A DNA stretch of 64,000 bases from Azolla caroliniana (Eukaryota; Plantae; Polypodiophyta), in the NCBI GenBank assembly GCA_043228905.1, contig JBHGNT010000009.1:2480001-2544000 (forward strand), read 5' to 3'. A program made the translations under genes and the position numbers. How positions within the stretch are numbered: position 1 is the first letter of the stretch; the number at the start of each line of letters is the position of its first letter. Below, in pieces: positions 12,385-25,347 of the stretch. The notes beneath the pieces are model-generated. The model was not told the DNA's origin. It ran no database searches and worked only from the letters and a program-made list of their open reading frames with translations.

Positions 12385-13240
12385 CGATTGGGTTCTCACA
12401 TTGAAATCTTCTACAAGGAAGATTTCTTAGTGGGAAGAATATCGGATTATGTCATCCGATAAAGGTTCGTATGGAGAAAGCCCATGTGCACTCCTTCATC
12501 AACTAACCTCGCCTCTCCAACCATATTATAACGGGATCCTTTCGGGGGAAAGTAACAAATGGCAAAAAATACTGCTTGGTCCTTGTTAGTGAAGACTTTC
12601 ATGCACATAAAATGAGCATCTTCGTTTTTCCTTAGTATTTCTATCCTATTATGCAGCTCTCTCCGAAACAATATTGCAACACCTCCAGATCCTCTAGTAG
12701 TGCGTCAACGTGAGGTTTGTCTAAATACGAACTCCCAAATAAATCCTTCTACTCGTGGGAATTTTCTAGTTGGGCTTTGGTGTGTTTCTACCAAGAAAAG
12801 TATATATGATACCATTAATATCTCCTCTCGGCAGTCGGGGTGTGTCTAGAGTGTTTTCTGTCACATGGGCCGGACACCATCAATTAGTAGTGTGATCATT
12901 TATTATCCCTCTTCCGTCCCAATAAAAAGCACGATGTCCTTCTTTACGAGCTTGTCTGACTCATGTCATACAACTTTTGCAGTGCTCAATTTGCATCTTA
13001 GTGAGGTCTTTATCTAGATAGATAGGGTCCCACCTAATCCTCGAAGAATCGATTTCTTCTTAAAAAATGTGAATTGAGATTATAAGTCTTTAAACTGAAG
13101 TACTAAGGCTCTCTTCCTAGTTGTGTCACATGAGGGAGCGTGAGACAGAGAGCGTGAGAGAGTGGCATGAAGTGTTATGAGCTAAAGCTTCAACTTCTAT
13201 GACAATATTCCCAAAACCATTCACCTTTGTTCTCTTTGTC
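12385..13240 (-). mobile_element. LINE remnant (end of ORF1 and AP-endonuclease of ORF2)
   Basis: IYLDKDLT (ORF1 end); LVETH, GSGGVAILFRREL and AICYFPP endonuclease motifs; many stops. Confidence 0.65.
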
Positions 13241-13299
13241 CTCCTCAAATTCTTCCTATTGTTCTGATCACCGCCATCATCATGATGACTCTAATTCTG

Positions 13300-13410
13300 A
13301 TTCTGAGGATCACCATGGTCCATGACTATGATTCATCTGATTATGAAGATCACCATGGTTCATGACTATGATTCATCTGATTATGAGGATCACCATGACT
13401 ATGATTCATC
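13300..13410 (+). repeat. Tandem repeat of about 42 bp (GATCACCATGGTTCATGACTATGATTCATCTGATTATGAG), about 3 copies
   Basis: Direct repeats visible. Confidence 0.8.
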
Positions 13411-13955
13411 TTATTCTGGCATTTGATTCTCGTTGACATGGCGGATCAAGCTTCTACTCTTCTTGCTCATCACCATGGTGTTCTTGAGATTAATGTTAGC
13501 TTTGTGCACATCCCTAGATATGAGGAACTCCTCCCTCATCCTCTCCACGATCATGAACCACACCTACTACCTGGAGTTCCCCATAGATCCCCCATTATTA
13601 CTCTTCTGATTCATCCGCACATGCTTCTTCTTCATCTTCTCCTTCTGCGCCGCCTACTTCTTGGCGGTGTTATTATACAGAGGAGGCTGAGATGTAGCAG
13701 AAGCCTTGGAACATTGCATTCATGGCTTGGTGGAAGAATCGTGGTCAATAAGATTGACATAACCATAGTCATAGACCTTGTGGGAAGAGGTAGGATCAAG
13801 AAGCACAATAGAATGGCTAGAGAAATCATGGTTGCCACGATATGGTGCATGAATAACGTTATTGATCATGTTCTGATATGAAGAAGTAACAGCAGGAGAA
13901 GAAGAATCCATCACATCCCCACCATTCCTTCTATTCACATGTCATCACAATTCAT

Positions 13956-13993
<38 letters not shown>

Positions 13994-15025
13994 CTTGAAA
14001 TTAAAGTACAAAAAAGGAAAAAAAAGGGAACATGCATTTTTCCCTTTTCAAACATGTTTGTTTCCAAACGTTTGAATGCTTCCACGAACATATTTATTAT
14101 GTTTTATGATTATAACCTTCTCATGGATTTGGAAACATATATTTACTTTGCACCCCGAGTTCTTCGTGCACCTTTGAATACGCTTGGGAGGTACCATATA
14201 TGAAAACATTTTTGAAATGCTCAGGAGATTCAATATGAACCCTTGGCTCTCAAGCGACTTTCCTCCATTAATACTCAAATAATATCAAGGTGTTGAGGTG
14301 CAATGTAGTGTTTTCAAAAGCAAGTTTGTCCTTTAGATCTCTTACCATTTTTTCAGATCCATGCACATACCTTTGATATTTTATACATCGAACTAGTTTC
14401 GCCATAAGCGAGCCAACCAATAATTATTGTTTACATTATTTACATCTCCACCTTAATGTAAAGATTTCATCCAATTTGTACTCAGATCATAAGACATGCA
14501 AGTGTGAAGCTTCAACATGGTGGATCAAGTTTGATCATAAGTGGTATAATAGAAAGGTATAGAAATTTGGGCCTTTTAACCCAAGGCTTCGTATTAATAA
14601 GCTTACAACTTACCACTAGGGTAGGTGAGTGTGAGTGTGTGTACATGTTTAATTATCCACCTCTTTGTATTTAATTATGTGTGCATGTGAAAATTCGTAA
14701 ATGCACATTGATGTGCTTATGTGCCATTGTCATGAAGTTGAGGTTTCACGATATCAAAACAATGTTAAAATTTTTGGGAAAGACATTTTCAATCTGGAAC
14801 TTGCAATAAGGGGCATGTACGATTTTTTGGTTCGTAAATCGGAGTTTGGAAAGGAAGAATTTGTTTGCATAAAAGGCTGACTCTACCCATTTGTATCTCT
14901 GGTGTGAACACACAACCTAGTGAGGGCTTAACTATAGAAAGTCAAACTAAGTTGTTGTGTGTGAGAGAGAGAGAGAGAGAGAAAGAAAGAAAGAAAGAAA
15001 GAAAGATATATTAACGTCTTCTAAG

Positions 15026-15063
<38 letters not shown>

Positions 15064-16015
15064 GAGGGAATAGCAAGAGTTTGCTTTGAGCTTAACTAAG
15101 TGCAACTGCTCTTGATTCTTGTTTCTTGTCTATTGTGCACATATTTGCTCATCTAGTTTACTGTTTTGTTTGCTTGCCACTAACCTACAAGTCCTCATCT
15201 TCCGCAACATAACATTGTCCATATTCATCAGAATCAATGCTAGTTTCAAGATTACTGTAGACAAAAATATAATTATATCAAAAAGGGGAGTTCAAAATAA
15301 AATAAGAACCATTTTGTATTTTTGTAATTTGAATTTATAAAAAATTATTTAAGAAATAAAAAAGGAACCACTCATGTGAGGCGGTTTACAAACCGCCTCA
15401 AGGAGGGTGGGAAGGTGGTTGACCCCCTATAAAAGCCCCTCCCATGGTGCGTGAAGGAGGAGGAGAAAACGAGTGAAGAAGCTCGCGAGGGTAAAGAATG
15501 GGCGGGTTGTAGAGTTCAAATAAAGGTTGTGAGTTCAAGTTTTGCGAAGGCAAATTATTTTTTGTAAGCCAGTTTTGTAAAATAAAAATAGTAAATATAA
15601 AGTGAAAGAAAGTTGAATCAATAGAGAAATAGAAGGGTTGAAGTGGTTTACCTCATAACCCTCTCTTCCAAAAGAGGAGTTAAGTTTGAGTCTTGCCAAA
15701 TAACTTTTGGCAAACAAATATTTGTAAGTGGTCTTTTTTTTACAAATAAATTTCTTTCATGATAACGTCGCATCATCAACGAATACACCTTGTCATACCA
15801 ATCATCCCCGAGATTTGGCATGGAAAGAGCAAAAACTATCGGCTCGACACTACCGACAAACTGTAAGCTAAGTAATGACTGTTAGGATCAGAATCAGCCA
15901 CAACCAATTACTCGTACATGTGTTCGGGTGCAAAGATAGAGATAAATGACAGTGCACAGACAGAAAACAGAAAAACGAAAAACTCAGAAACGAGACACAG
16001 ATATTTAACGTGGAC

Positions 16016-18249
16016 TGTCGAAAATTTCCAGCCACATATGATTGAACATTTGCAACAAAATATGGCTGAAAATGAGCATGAAATCCAGCCCACGTATGAT
16101 GTACATATTGAAGATGTATTACATAATGAGCGCATGTCTATCAAGAGTGCACAAACTATGCCAAAGTGGCTGAAACAAACAAATTTGCAAGACAACAAAT
16201 TTAGTGCACCTTTACTTTGTAGAACAAGATCAAGCTCTCGCCATGCATCCAATACTTTTGTGGATTATTCTATTGTTGGAACAACATGTAACGAGGAGCC
16301 ACTTACTTTTGAAGATGCATGTGATGATCCACAATGGATGAGTGCTATGCAATCAGAAATGGATTCTATACATAAGAATGGTACATGGGAGTTATGTGAA
16401 TTGCCAAAAGGAAAGAATGTCATTGGTAGCATTCATCGCTACAAAGCTAGATTGGTTGCCAAAAGATATGCACAACAATACAACATTTATTATTTACTAC
16501 CATTCGTACCATGGTTGCATTAGCTACCCAAAAAGGTTGGCTAGTGCATCAGTTGGACATAAAAACAACTTTCTTAAATGGTGATTCGCAAGAAGAGGTT
16601 TATGTGAAGCAACCTCCTGGATTTGCGATGAAAGAGAAAGAGCATATGGTTTGTTGCCCGCATAAAAGCCTTGTATGGTCTCAAGCCAACTCCATGTGCA
16701 TAGTATGAAAAAATCCATAAGCACTTGATTTCTCTTGGCTTCACAGGTAGTCCGATTGAAAGCACACTTTATGTACGCAAAGATGGGGCTGATCTTATAG
16801 TGCTTGTTCTTTATGTTGATGACATACTCTTGAGTGGGTCATGTGATGCAAAACATGACATTCTTATGGCTGATTTGCAACATACTTTTGATGTCACTTA
16901 TCTTGGTCTTTTGAGCTACTACCTTGGCATCCAATTTGTATCTGTTGAGGGGGGGAATGGTTATGCATCAACGAATGTATGTTGAAAAACTACTTCAATG
17001 TTTTGACTTTGAGGATTGCAAGCCGGTTTCTACACCTGTGGAGACAGGATTTAGGTTCTCCGTTGAGGATTCTAGTGATGCATTTGATACTTCTCTTTAT
17101 CAACAAGTTGTGGGATGCCTTATATATGCGTGCAATACAAGGCCCGATATACAGTATGCAGTTTCCCAGTTGAGTCGATTCATGCATAGCCCTGGCACTA
17201 AGCATTGGCAAGTAGTGAAACTCGTGTTTAGATATCTCAGAGACACTTTGAGCTTGGGTCTCTTTTATGGCAAAGATACTCAGCCATGCTTGCATACTTT
17301 TACAGATAGTGATTGGGTTGGTTGTTACGATGCTCGCATGTCCACTATTGTATATCTTTGTAATTGCTTTTTCCATAGAAACTCATGCATATCTTGGTTA
17401 AGTAAAAAGCAACCTATAGTGGCGACATCGAGTTGTACAAATAGTGATTGGGTTGGTTGTTACGATGCTTGCATGTCCACTATTGTATATCTTTGTAATT
17501 GCTTTTTCCATAGAAACTCATGTATATCTTGGTTAAGTAAAAAGCAACCTACAGTGGCGACATCGAGTTGTGAAGCTGAGTACAGGGCAGTTTTCACAGC
17601 TATAGTGGAGTGTATATGGCTAAGACACCTTTTGATGGATCTTTGCATGGAGATTGATGTTGCTACACATATTCTCATAGATAGTCAGAGTGCATTGGTT
17701 GTTGCACGAAATCCTGTATTTCATGCATGACCCAAACATATTGAGTTGCGTTATCACTATGTGAGAGGGCACCTTCATGCAAGAGATATTGATTTGGTAT
17801 ATGTGCCTACTAAAGATAATGTGGCAGACATATTCACCATACCTCTTCCACGAGAAAAGTTTGAAGCTTTTCGCAAAGCTTTAGGCTTATTGCCTTGTGG
17901 GGGTTGATCTGTCACTCCCTGTATGTGTTCACATCATTCGCTCCACGGGGATTTGTTACACTTAATATGTGTTCCTCGAGTAGCTTTGATGTGAACCTTT
18001 TCCCTATACATGGGCACTTTTTACTCTAGTGCTGGGTAGAGGTTTTTTCCCTATGTTACCACATACATGATTCACTCATATGTGGTGGTACTTAGTACTT
18101 AGGGATATATATTTCAGCTCCTACTAGTTTTGTATCATTCATCACTAGAGAGAGCTATTCCAGCCATTGTCTTCTCTATGTGAGTGCTACATTTGTGCTT
18201 CTTGTGTATGCTTCTTGTGTGTGTCTCACTCTTCTACACACACCCAACA
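16016..18249 (+). mobile_element. 5'-truncated Ty1/copia (RT-RNase H pseudogene and probable 3' LTR at about 17954-18249)
   Basis: EEPLTFEDA, WMSAMQSEMDSIHKNGTWEL, HQLDIKTTFLNG, LYVDDI, TRPDI, SSCEAEY, NPVFH; frameshifts and stops; TG..CA-bounded segment downstream. Confidence 0.85.
17301..17570 (+). repeat. In-frame 135-bp tandem duplication within the copia RNase H
   Basis: Copies align at 17306 and 17441; the peptide SDWVGCYDA...LSKKQP.VATSSC occurs twice. Confidence 0.9.
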
Positions 18250-19100
18250 ACAAACAAGCTTGGAACAAGGAATTTAATTACATCTCAAGATTTAATTTAA
18301 TTAAATCTCACAATTACATATTTGGGAAGTCAACCAAGCCAATCACTAAGTCGAAACTAAAAATCGGATCTTTTCACAAGTGAAGGATATGTGACAATTC
18401 CTTCATAGTTGTCAAAAGAGAATAAGCCAAATTGGAGAATCAATCTCTTAACATTTTCATTGTATATCTAATATAAAACTCTGACATGCCCTCCACGAGA
18501 ATCGTGCTAGCCCCGCTTGTAATATCATGCAACTTTTGTAATGTCGTATCCTTCTCACATACAAAATTATATTACATATAATAATCGTTGAAAGATTGTA
18601 TGCACGCGGATTGCTCAAATGAAAACAATAAAAAATAGGTGAATCCGTTAAAATAGACAGTAATATTTTGTTAGATCTATATATCTAACCTTAAATCCAA
18701 TGCTCGATTTTGTCAAATCCAATTAATGCGGCTTAAAGGTTACAATTTACAAACAAGCTTGGATCAAATAACTAAATTAAATCTCACTATTACATATTTG
18801 GGAAATCGACAAAGCCAATCACTTAAGTCAAAACTCGAAACCAGATCTCTTAGCAAGTGAAGGATATGTAACAAATCCTTCATAGTTGTCGAACGCGAGT
18901 AAGTCAAATAGGAGAAACGATCTCTTAGCATTTAAATTGTATATCGGACCGATATAAAACTCCGACTTGCTCTCCACAAGAATCGTGGGAGCCCCCCTTG
19001 AAATGTTGTGCAACTTTTTTTTATGTCATGTCCTCCACACATAGGGAATTAGATTGCTTATAACAATGCTTGAAAGTTTTGTATACACATGGATTTTAGA
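18250..19100 (+). repeat. Diverged tandem duplication (period about 500 bp) upstream of the exostosin gene
   Basis: CAAACAAGCTTGG...ATTACATATTTGGGAA...CAAGTGAAGGATATGT...TCCTTCATAGTTGTC...TGCAACTTTT occurs from about 18251 and again from about 18750. Confidence 0.8.
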
Positions 19101-19273
19101 TGATATATTGGATGTATTGATCCATAAAAAGCTTCACTAAAGATAGCTGTGGATCTCAATTTTTATACATAGTGGAGACCCCCCCCCCCCCCCGGGTTGT
19201 TCATACTCTGGTAGCAGCTTTGTTATCTATGAGGCACTTCTTTGAATGATCTTCTCTCTAGTCCTTGGTAGCC

Positions 19274-20551
19274 ATGGTGATGCCTTGCAGTGCTCGACTC
19301 CACTTTCGCTACCACCACGCGATGATTGCTGCGACAATCATCTTGGTCACCATCTTATATTTAATTTCTTCCTCAATGCTGCTCTATTCAGGGTCCAGTA
19401 CAGGCCTTTCGTCGATATTGTATAGATATTCGGATGGATTGCATGACATGATGTCGGTGATCCGCGACAGCTACTGCGTTGGCGAATGGGCCCCGCCACG
19501 GCATTTCTGGCATGACATGGATGCCCATCCTCTCCCGGCCTGCACCATGGAAACCTGTTTCAACCGCTCGCGTTGCGATGCTTCCGACATTAACCAGCTC
19601 AAAGTCTATGTCTATAAGTATGAGGAATTGCACTACCTACGTTCCGAGGATACGGAGCTTCCCTTCTACTTCGGTGCTCTATCGGAGTCGCACTGGGTGA
19701 CCGATGATCCGGAGTCTGCATGCATTCTCCTTGTTCCACTCCTGCTCGAGCTCTCGGAAGAATGGCGACGCCCGTTTCGCTCTTTGCCGCATTGGAACGG
19801 GGGATTAAATCACGTGATCACATCCTTGGCCGACAAGTTGCACACAGATATCATTGCCAATCCTGCCTCCATTGGAATGGCCTCTATCGCCGCATCGTGT
19901 CTTGAGCTGACGTCGTTTCGCCCCGGATTCGACGTCGCCATCCCGTTGCCTGGCCTGTCTCACTTCCGGCATCTCGCACCGCTCCCACCCCGGGCGCGCA
20001 AATATTTCCTTACATTCCAAGGCACACGCTATATCGGAAACAAGGAAGGCAATTTCCGCGGCGATCCGTCGTTCCGCTCCTTACACAATGGGCGGGATGT
20101 GATAGTTGTGGTCTCGTGCAATCAGCCGACAAACAACAGGATTCGCATACGATGTCCGCATCTGAATGCCGGGTGCGATGATGATGAGGCCACATTCAGG
20201 AAGTACACGTACGAGGAGCTAATGAATTCGACCTTTGGCCTAGCACCAGCGGGGAGGTCGTCATCGTCCTATAGGATCATTGAGGTGATGAGCGCCGGAA
20301 CGATCCCAGTTATCGTGGCCGACAATTACGTGGAGCCATTGGGAAATGGCAAGTTGATGATCAAGTGGGGTCGGTGCGCGTTGAGGTTCGGGACGACGGA
20401 AATGAGCAGCATACTGCCGGCACTCCGGGCGATTTCCGAGGAAGAGTTGAAAAGCAGGCAAGCCTATTGTGTGCGAGTGTATGAGGAGTATTTGAAGGAT
20501 GACAATGCTCTCCTTGGGTCGGTCCTTAGGTCTCTCTTCCTACGCCTTTAA
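19274..20551 (+). CDS. Exostosin-family (GT47) glycosyltransferase, type II membrane protein, EXT1 N-domain-like, single exon
   Basis: Intact ORF of about 425 aa with an N-terminal signal anchor (IAATIILVTILYLISSSMLLY). Motifs CTMETCF, KVYVY, TDDPESAC, WNGGLNH, FRPGFDVAIPL, RKYFLTFQGTRY, STFGLAPAGR..SYRIIE, IPVIVAD. Confidence 0.92.
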   Translation: MVMPCSARLHFRYHHAMIAATIILVTILYLISSSMLLYSGSSTGLSSILYRYSDGLHDMMSVIRDSYCVGEWAPPRHFWHDMDAHPLPACTMETCFNRSRCDASDINQLKVYVYKYEELHYLRSEDTELPFYFGALSESHWVTDDPESACILLVPLLLELSEEWRRPFRSLPHWNGGLNHVITSLADKLHTDIIANPASIGMASIAASCLELTSFRPGFDVAIPLPGLSHFRHLAPLPPRARKYFLTFQGTRYIGNKEGNFRGDPSFRSLHNGRDVIVVVSCNQPTNNRIRIRCPHLNAGCDDDEATFRKYTYEELMNSTFGLAPAGRSSSSYRIIEVMSAGTIPVIVADNYVEPLGNGKLMIKWGRCALRFGTTEMSSILPALRAISEEELKSRQAYCVRVYEEYLKDDNALLGSVLRSLFLRL

Positions 20552-20989
20552 CTTGGATGAATACATTGAATCATAGAATTCAAACCCAATGTAACTGTTC
20601 GAAGTTCAAACAAATACTACATGGCATACTAACATGCACATAATTAACAATCCACTTACTTTTCAAAGCGTTTCTTCCGTTAAGAACTAACTAACTCAAA
20701 GGTGTTATTCTCCCTCAAAAAGAGTTAATTTCATCATGCATAACTTTTATCCAACTATCTTTATCTTTCTGGCCCTCCCCATTATTAAAAGTCAACTAAC
20801 ACAAAGATGCTATATTCATTCTCAAAGAGTTAATCTCATCATGCATAACTTTTATCCAGCTATCTTTATCTTTCTGGCCTTGCACAATATTAAAAGTCTA
20901 TAGATCTTCAATAATTAATATACAATCAAAACTAAAATACTTCATGGATGGTTGTCTGTTCTTGTGGTAGACCTTCTAGCTTGTTTATT

Positions 20990-22600
20990 AATCACCTCTT
21001 GTAATTATGTTCACTCCCCCTTGTTAACATGTATTTGTAATAAAACAATATTGTGATTAGCATTAACCTATCATGGCTCACTAACATCCTCATGTTCTTA
21101 CTCTTGTTGAGAAACATCTCCATCTGTAGCATTGTCAGTTGTAGGAATTTCTTTGACCTTGTCAATAATTTAAATGGTTTGATCCTCAACCTACATTATG
21201 ACTCCTAATAAGCTTATTTTTCATGACTCATAATACATATAAGTTTACAACCAAATTCTTCTTAGACCTTTCATCGTTATGTTCCTACACAAAAAAATTA
21301 CAACCAAGCACATGTAAATGACCATAAGAAACATCCTTACCATACCAAACTACAATGAAATAGTAGGAACATCACTGTATAGTGCAATAATAGGAAATAT
21401 ACCAATAACATATGTAATGGTATTCAAAGCCTCACTTGCAAAAGATTTGTGATGCAAAGTTCATACGAATGTGAGACAACCTTTTATTTCATTATTTTTA
21501 TATGCATGTACTTTCAATCACATTTACAAGATTTGTTGAAGTAGAGGCTTTCAAAAAATAGAAGATTTCTTATCATGAGCCACCAGCTAGGAACTTTGAA
21601 TGTACTTCCATTGACCCTCATTAAAGATATGCAAATGTACATTATCATCTAACTTACCTTTGGAGATAAAAGGTTACCTTATATTTGTACATACTTCAAC
21701 TCCTTGCGGATCAACTTGCTCTTGAGTTGGACTCCAAATAAACAATTATGGTATCTACTACCTTTGATTGTCCATCATTTACCTTCATGACTCCAAAGTG
21801 TCAAGTATAGGATGTGAAGAACTAACTCTTTTTTATCATTGATATGAAATTATCCATTATTGTCAACAACCCAATCAATTCCCTGGCAAGCAAAATTTAT
21901 CATGTTCTCATCATAAAAAACAAGCCACTCATTTAAAGAAGTTGCATTAACACAATGAGTTCTATCATCTTCACCCATTTGTTGATGATTACTACTGGAT
22001 TTGTGGTTTTAGATTTAGTTTTACATTAACATGATAAGCTCTATCATCTACACCCCGTCTATTCTTTATTACTATTGGATGCATGGTTCCATTGTGAGTA
22101 GCATTAGTCAACTTGACATGAGTCTAAACATTTCCCACAAAGTAGGAAGTATGTTAAGCAACCAAAGAGCAAGAATATTATCATCAAGTTTAACATGCAT
22201 GCCAAACAATTGATTCAATTGATCAGAAATGGAGTTAAACTCTTTGTAAGTCAAGTACGTGGTTTTCCTAAGCGAACACAACTTATTATTACATGTCTTA
22301 AAAGATGATCAAGTTTCAAGTTTATTCCATAATGTTTTAGCATTTGCTTTGTTTCCAATGCAATTGAAAACTTTTATTCCTACCGAGTTAAGAATATTAA
22401 AGCCACATATGTGTTAGTTCTAGAAAAACACTCATTGGTGGTTTTGCTTTTAGGTTTTTAGGTTTTTAGGTTTTGTTTTTGAGAAATTATTACATTTAAC
22501 CTCTACATTCATCATAAAAAAGTTTTCCTCCATTTGGTAATCAAACAAATGTTAAAACATGACGTGAACATCATGGCTTCACCTGGACTTGAACCATTAA
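20990..22600 (-). mobile_element. Highly degenerate Ty1/copia remnant
   Basis: Minus-strand PPT-like AAGGGGGAGTGA near 21011-21022 and scattered copia-like peptide fragments; no intact ORF. Confidence 0.45.
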
Positions 22601-22713
22601 GATAGCTTATTGTCATATAAAAATAATAAAAGCTACCTTTAATAATATATTGATCATTGTAAAAGTCTAGAACATTCTAGAATGTTCTAGAATATCCTAG
22701 AACATCTTAGAAT

Positions 22714-22823
22714 TGTCAAGAATAGTACTAAAGACATAGAGGGAATTCGTACTAGAGATAGAGGAGGAAAGTACTATGAGGATTAGTAATAAGAGGAAGG
22801 GAGTGTGTGGAACTCACGAGAGA

Positions 22824-22860
<37 letters not shown>

Positions 22861-23044
22861 ATGATGACACCAAGAAGTATATTATATGAAGAAAGATACA
22901 AGAACAACTAAGAAGCTTAAGACTAACAATGAAAATAATATTTTTTGTATTACAATGCATAGTTTAATGGTAGGGGTTCAACCCATGTAACATGAGGTCA
23001 TGGGTTGAAATCCTTTTGGAGCCATACCATGCCATATCATGACA
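22714..23044 (-). mobile_element. Solo LTR (relative of the LTR at 11699) inserted in a TCTAGA-rich LTR-like sequence
   Basis: TGTCAAG...CATGACA; 5-bp TSD AGAAT at 22709-22713 and 23045-23049; A box TAGTTTAATGG (22960) and B box GGTTGAAATCC (23003) on the + strand. Confidence 0.88.
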
Positions 23045-23248
23045 AGAATATTATAGGTCTAGAACATTCTAGAACATTACAAAAATATCTAGACTATTCT
23101 ATAGGAACCTTTAAATAGAGACATACAAGTATTCTCAAATAAACTCAAATCAAACTATCGGAATAGTGTAAAAGATAGAGTGATGGAAGAAGGATATAAA
23201 GAGAATAGAAGAAGAAAGGAACGAGATTATTAGAGAAGAATGGGTGTA

Positions 23249-25335
23249 TTAAGATAAGATGTGCACACAAGGACCTGGTTTGTCTGGAAATTGACGATGG
23301 AAATTTTCAAGAAGTGCTCGAGCATTGACCACATTCTCTATTGGTTCCCAAGTATGCTTGCTTAGACTATAGCCTAGCCAATAGACCAAATTGTAGAGCT
23401 TGTTGTGAACAATCTTGGAATCGAGGATGGCAGCAACCTCGTACTCATGTCCATCTTCAAATTCGATCGGGGGTGGAGGTGGTATAATACGATTGGGAAT
23501 AGTGTTGTCTTGATAGGGTTCTAGAAGAGAATATGAAATACCAGATGTATCCGTAGTTGCAGAGGTAGATCTAGGCAAAAAGTGACATCACTAATTTTTT
23601 CGTTAATACGGAAAGGGCCTAACCGTCGATAATCCAGTTTGTCACATGGTCGAGTAGTCTTGATGTGTCGTCATAATAGCCATACTCTATCTCCAATACC
23701 AAAATAGGATGGAAGCTAATGACGATCCGCATAATCCTTCAGTGTTTGTTGGGTGTGATGTAGGTGGGTAGATAGTTCTACCTGAATTCGTCGTAGCCAC
23801 CCCAAATGATCCTCTGCACTAGGATTTGTGGGGAACTCAGGAGTTTTGCACACCAACAAGGATGATAGCCTATATAAGCATAGAATGGTGTAACCCTAGT
23901 AGAGGAGTGGATAAAATTATTATAAGAAAATTCAACAAAGTGGAGAATATCTATTCAATCATCTTGTTGATAGCTTATGAAACACCGAAGATACTATTCC
24001 AGCATTTGATTGGTACATTCTGCTTGTGCATCTGTTTGGGGATGGTAGCCGAAGGAGAGATTGCAGGTGACCTTGAGCATTTTGAAGAGATGCTTCCAAA
24101 ATTTAGAGACGAATTGAGGTCCACGATCATTGATGATACTATTGGGAAGACCATGATGCCGAAATACTTCACGCATAACAATTCCTGTCGGGAAGACCAT
24201 GATTTCTTTAGTACAGGGCACGAAATGTGCCATCTTAGTATATCAATCTACCACTATTAAGATCGCATTAAAGCCCTTCGAATCTAGAAGATCTGTGATA
24301 AAATCCAGAGGAATAGATTGTCACGGTTTGCTTGGGATCGGTAATGGCTCCAACAAACCATGTGGATGATTCCTAGGCATCTTCGCTCTACAACATGTAT
24401 CACATGTCCGAACATAGTCTTCGACAAATCTTCGCATATAAGGCCACCAAAATGATCGTTATACTAAATCCAACGTTTTAGTACTACCAAAATGTCTGGT
24501 TGGGTATGTGTCATGACAATTTTGTACTATTCAAAGGCGACATGAACCATTGGGAACATACAAAAGTTTCTTAAATAAGAGTAATCCATCGTGACATTGG
24601 AATTGTCGACAATCTGTACCTGGTTGTGGTGACCATGAACAAGATGCCCAAGAGGGATCAATTTGATCTACAATAGCTTGAGCGAAAACATCTGACTTCA
24701 AATCTTCGTGTATGGTATCGATAATGCGGGAATCCAATTGAGTGTCAAAAACCCATGTTGCTTGAAGTTGTGTCGGTCCCAGGATTACTTGCTTTTGATT
24801 GTCGAAGGTCGGATCACCAGGATGACAAGCTAGATATGAGCGTCGTGATAATGCATCTACCTTCCCCCATTGCTTGCCCGGACGATATGTAATCTTGAAG
24901 TCGAAACGAGTGAGGAACGGGGCCCACCGAGCTTGTCGTCTATTTAATATGCAAGCATTCTGGAAGTAGGCAAGATTCTTATGATCACTAAATACAGTGA
25001 CTTGATGAGGATATCCTTCTAAAAAAAGCCTTCTCATCGTCGCCTTGATGTGACAAAATACTACCGAGGGCAAAATCTAACACGCTTGCCTCATTGATGA
25101 ATGGTTTTTGCGGATCAACATGAGTTAGAATAGGAGCCGATGTAAATGCTTTCTTGAGACCCTCAAAAGTCGTGTCCGCTTCCTTTGTCCAAACAAATTA
25201 TTGCCCCTTCTTTGTAAGTTGTGTGAGCGGCAAAATAAGCTTTGAGTAGTCCTATATAAACTTGCGATAGAAATTTGCGAATCCTAAAAAACATTGCACA
25301 TCTCGCAACGAACGTGGAATTTGCCACTCTAATAC
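23249..25335 (-). pseudogene. pol: Degenerate Tcn1-like chromovirus pol (RT end, RNase H, integrase, chromodomain)
   Basis: SDHKNLAYF, NRRQARWA, FRHHGLPNSIINDRGPQF, YHPQTD, EYEVAAILDSK; colinear with the intact Pol at 50434. Confidence 0.9.
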
Positions 25336-25347
25336 AACTAACAGGTA

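Noticed and set aside
13423-13938. ORFs upstream of the LINE remnant
   Set aside because: Interrupted and motif-free; may be decayed LINE ORF1 but cannot be supported.
15377-15400. Perfect 11-bp inverted repeat TGAGGCGGTTT-AC-AAACCGCCTCA upstream of a TATA box
   Set aside because: Probably part of a decayed LTR promoter; no boundaries or TSD could be defined.
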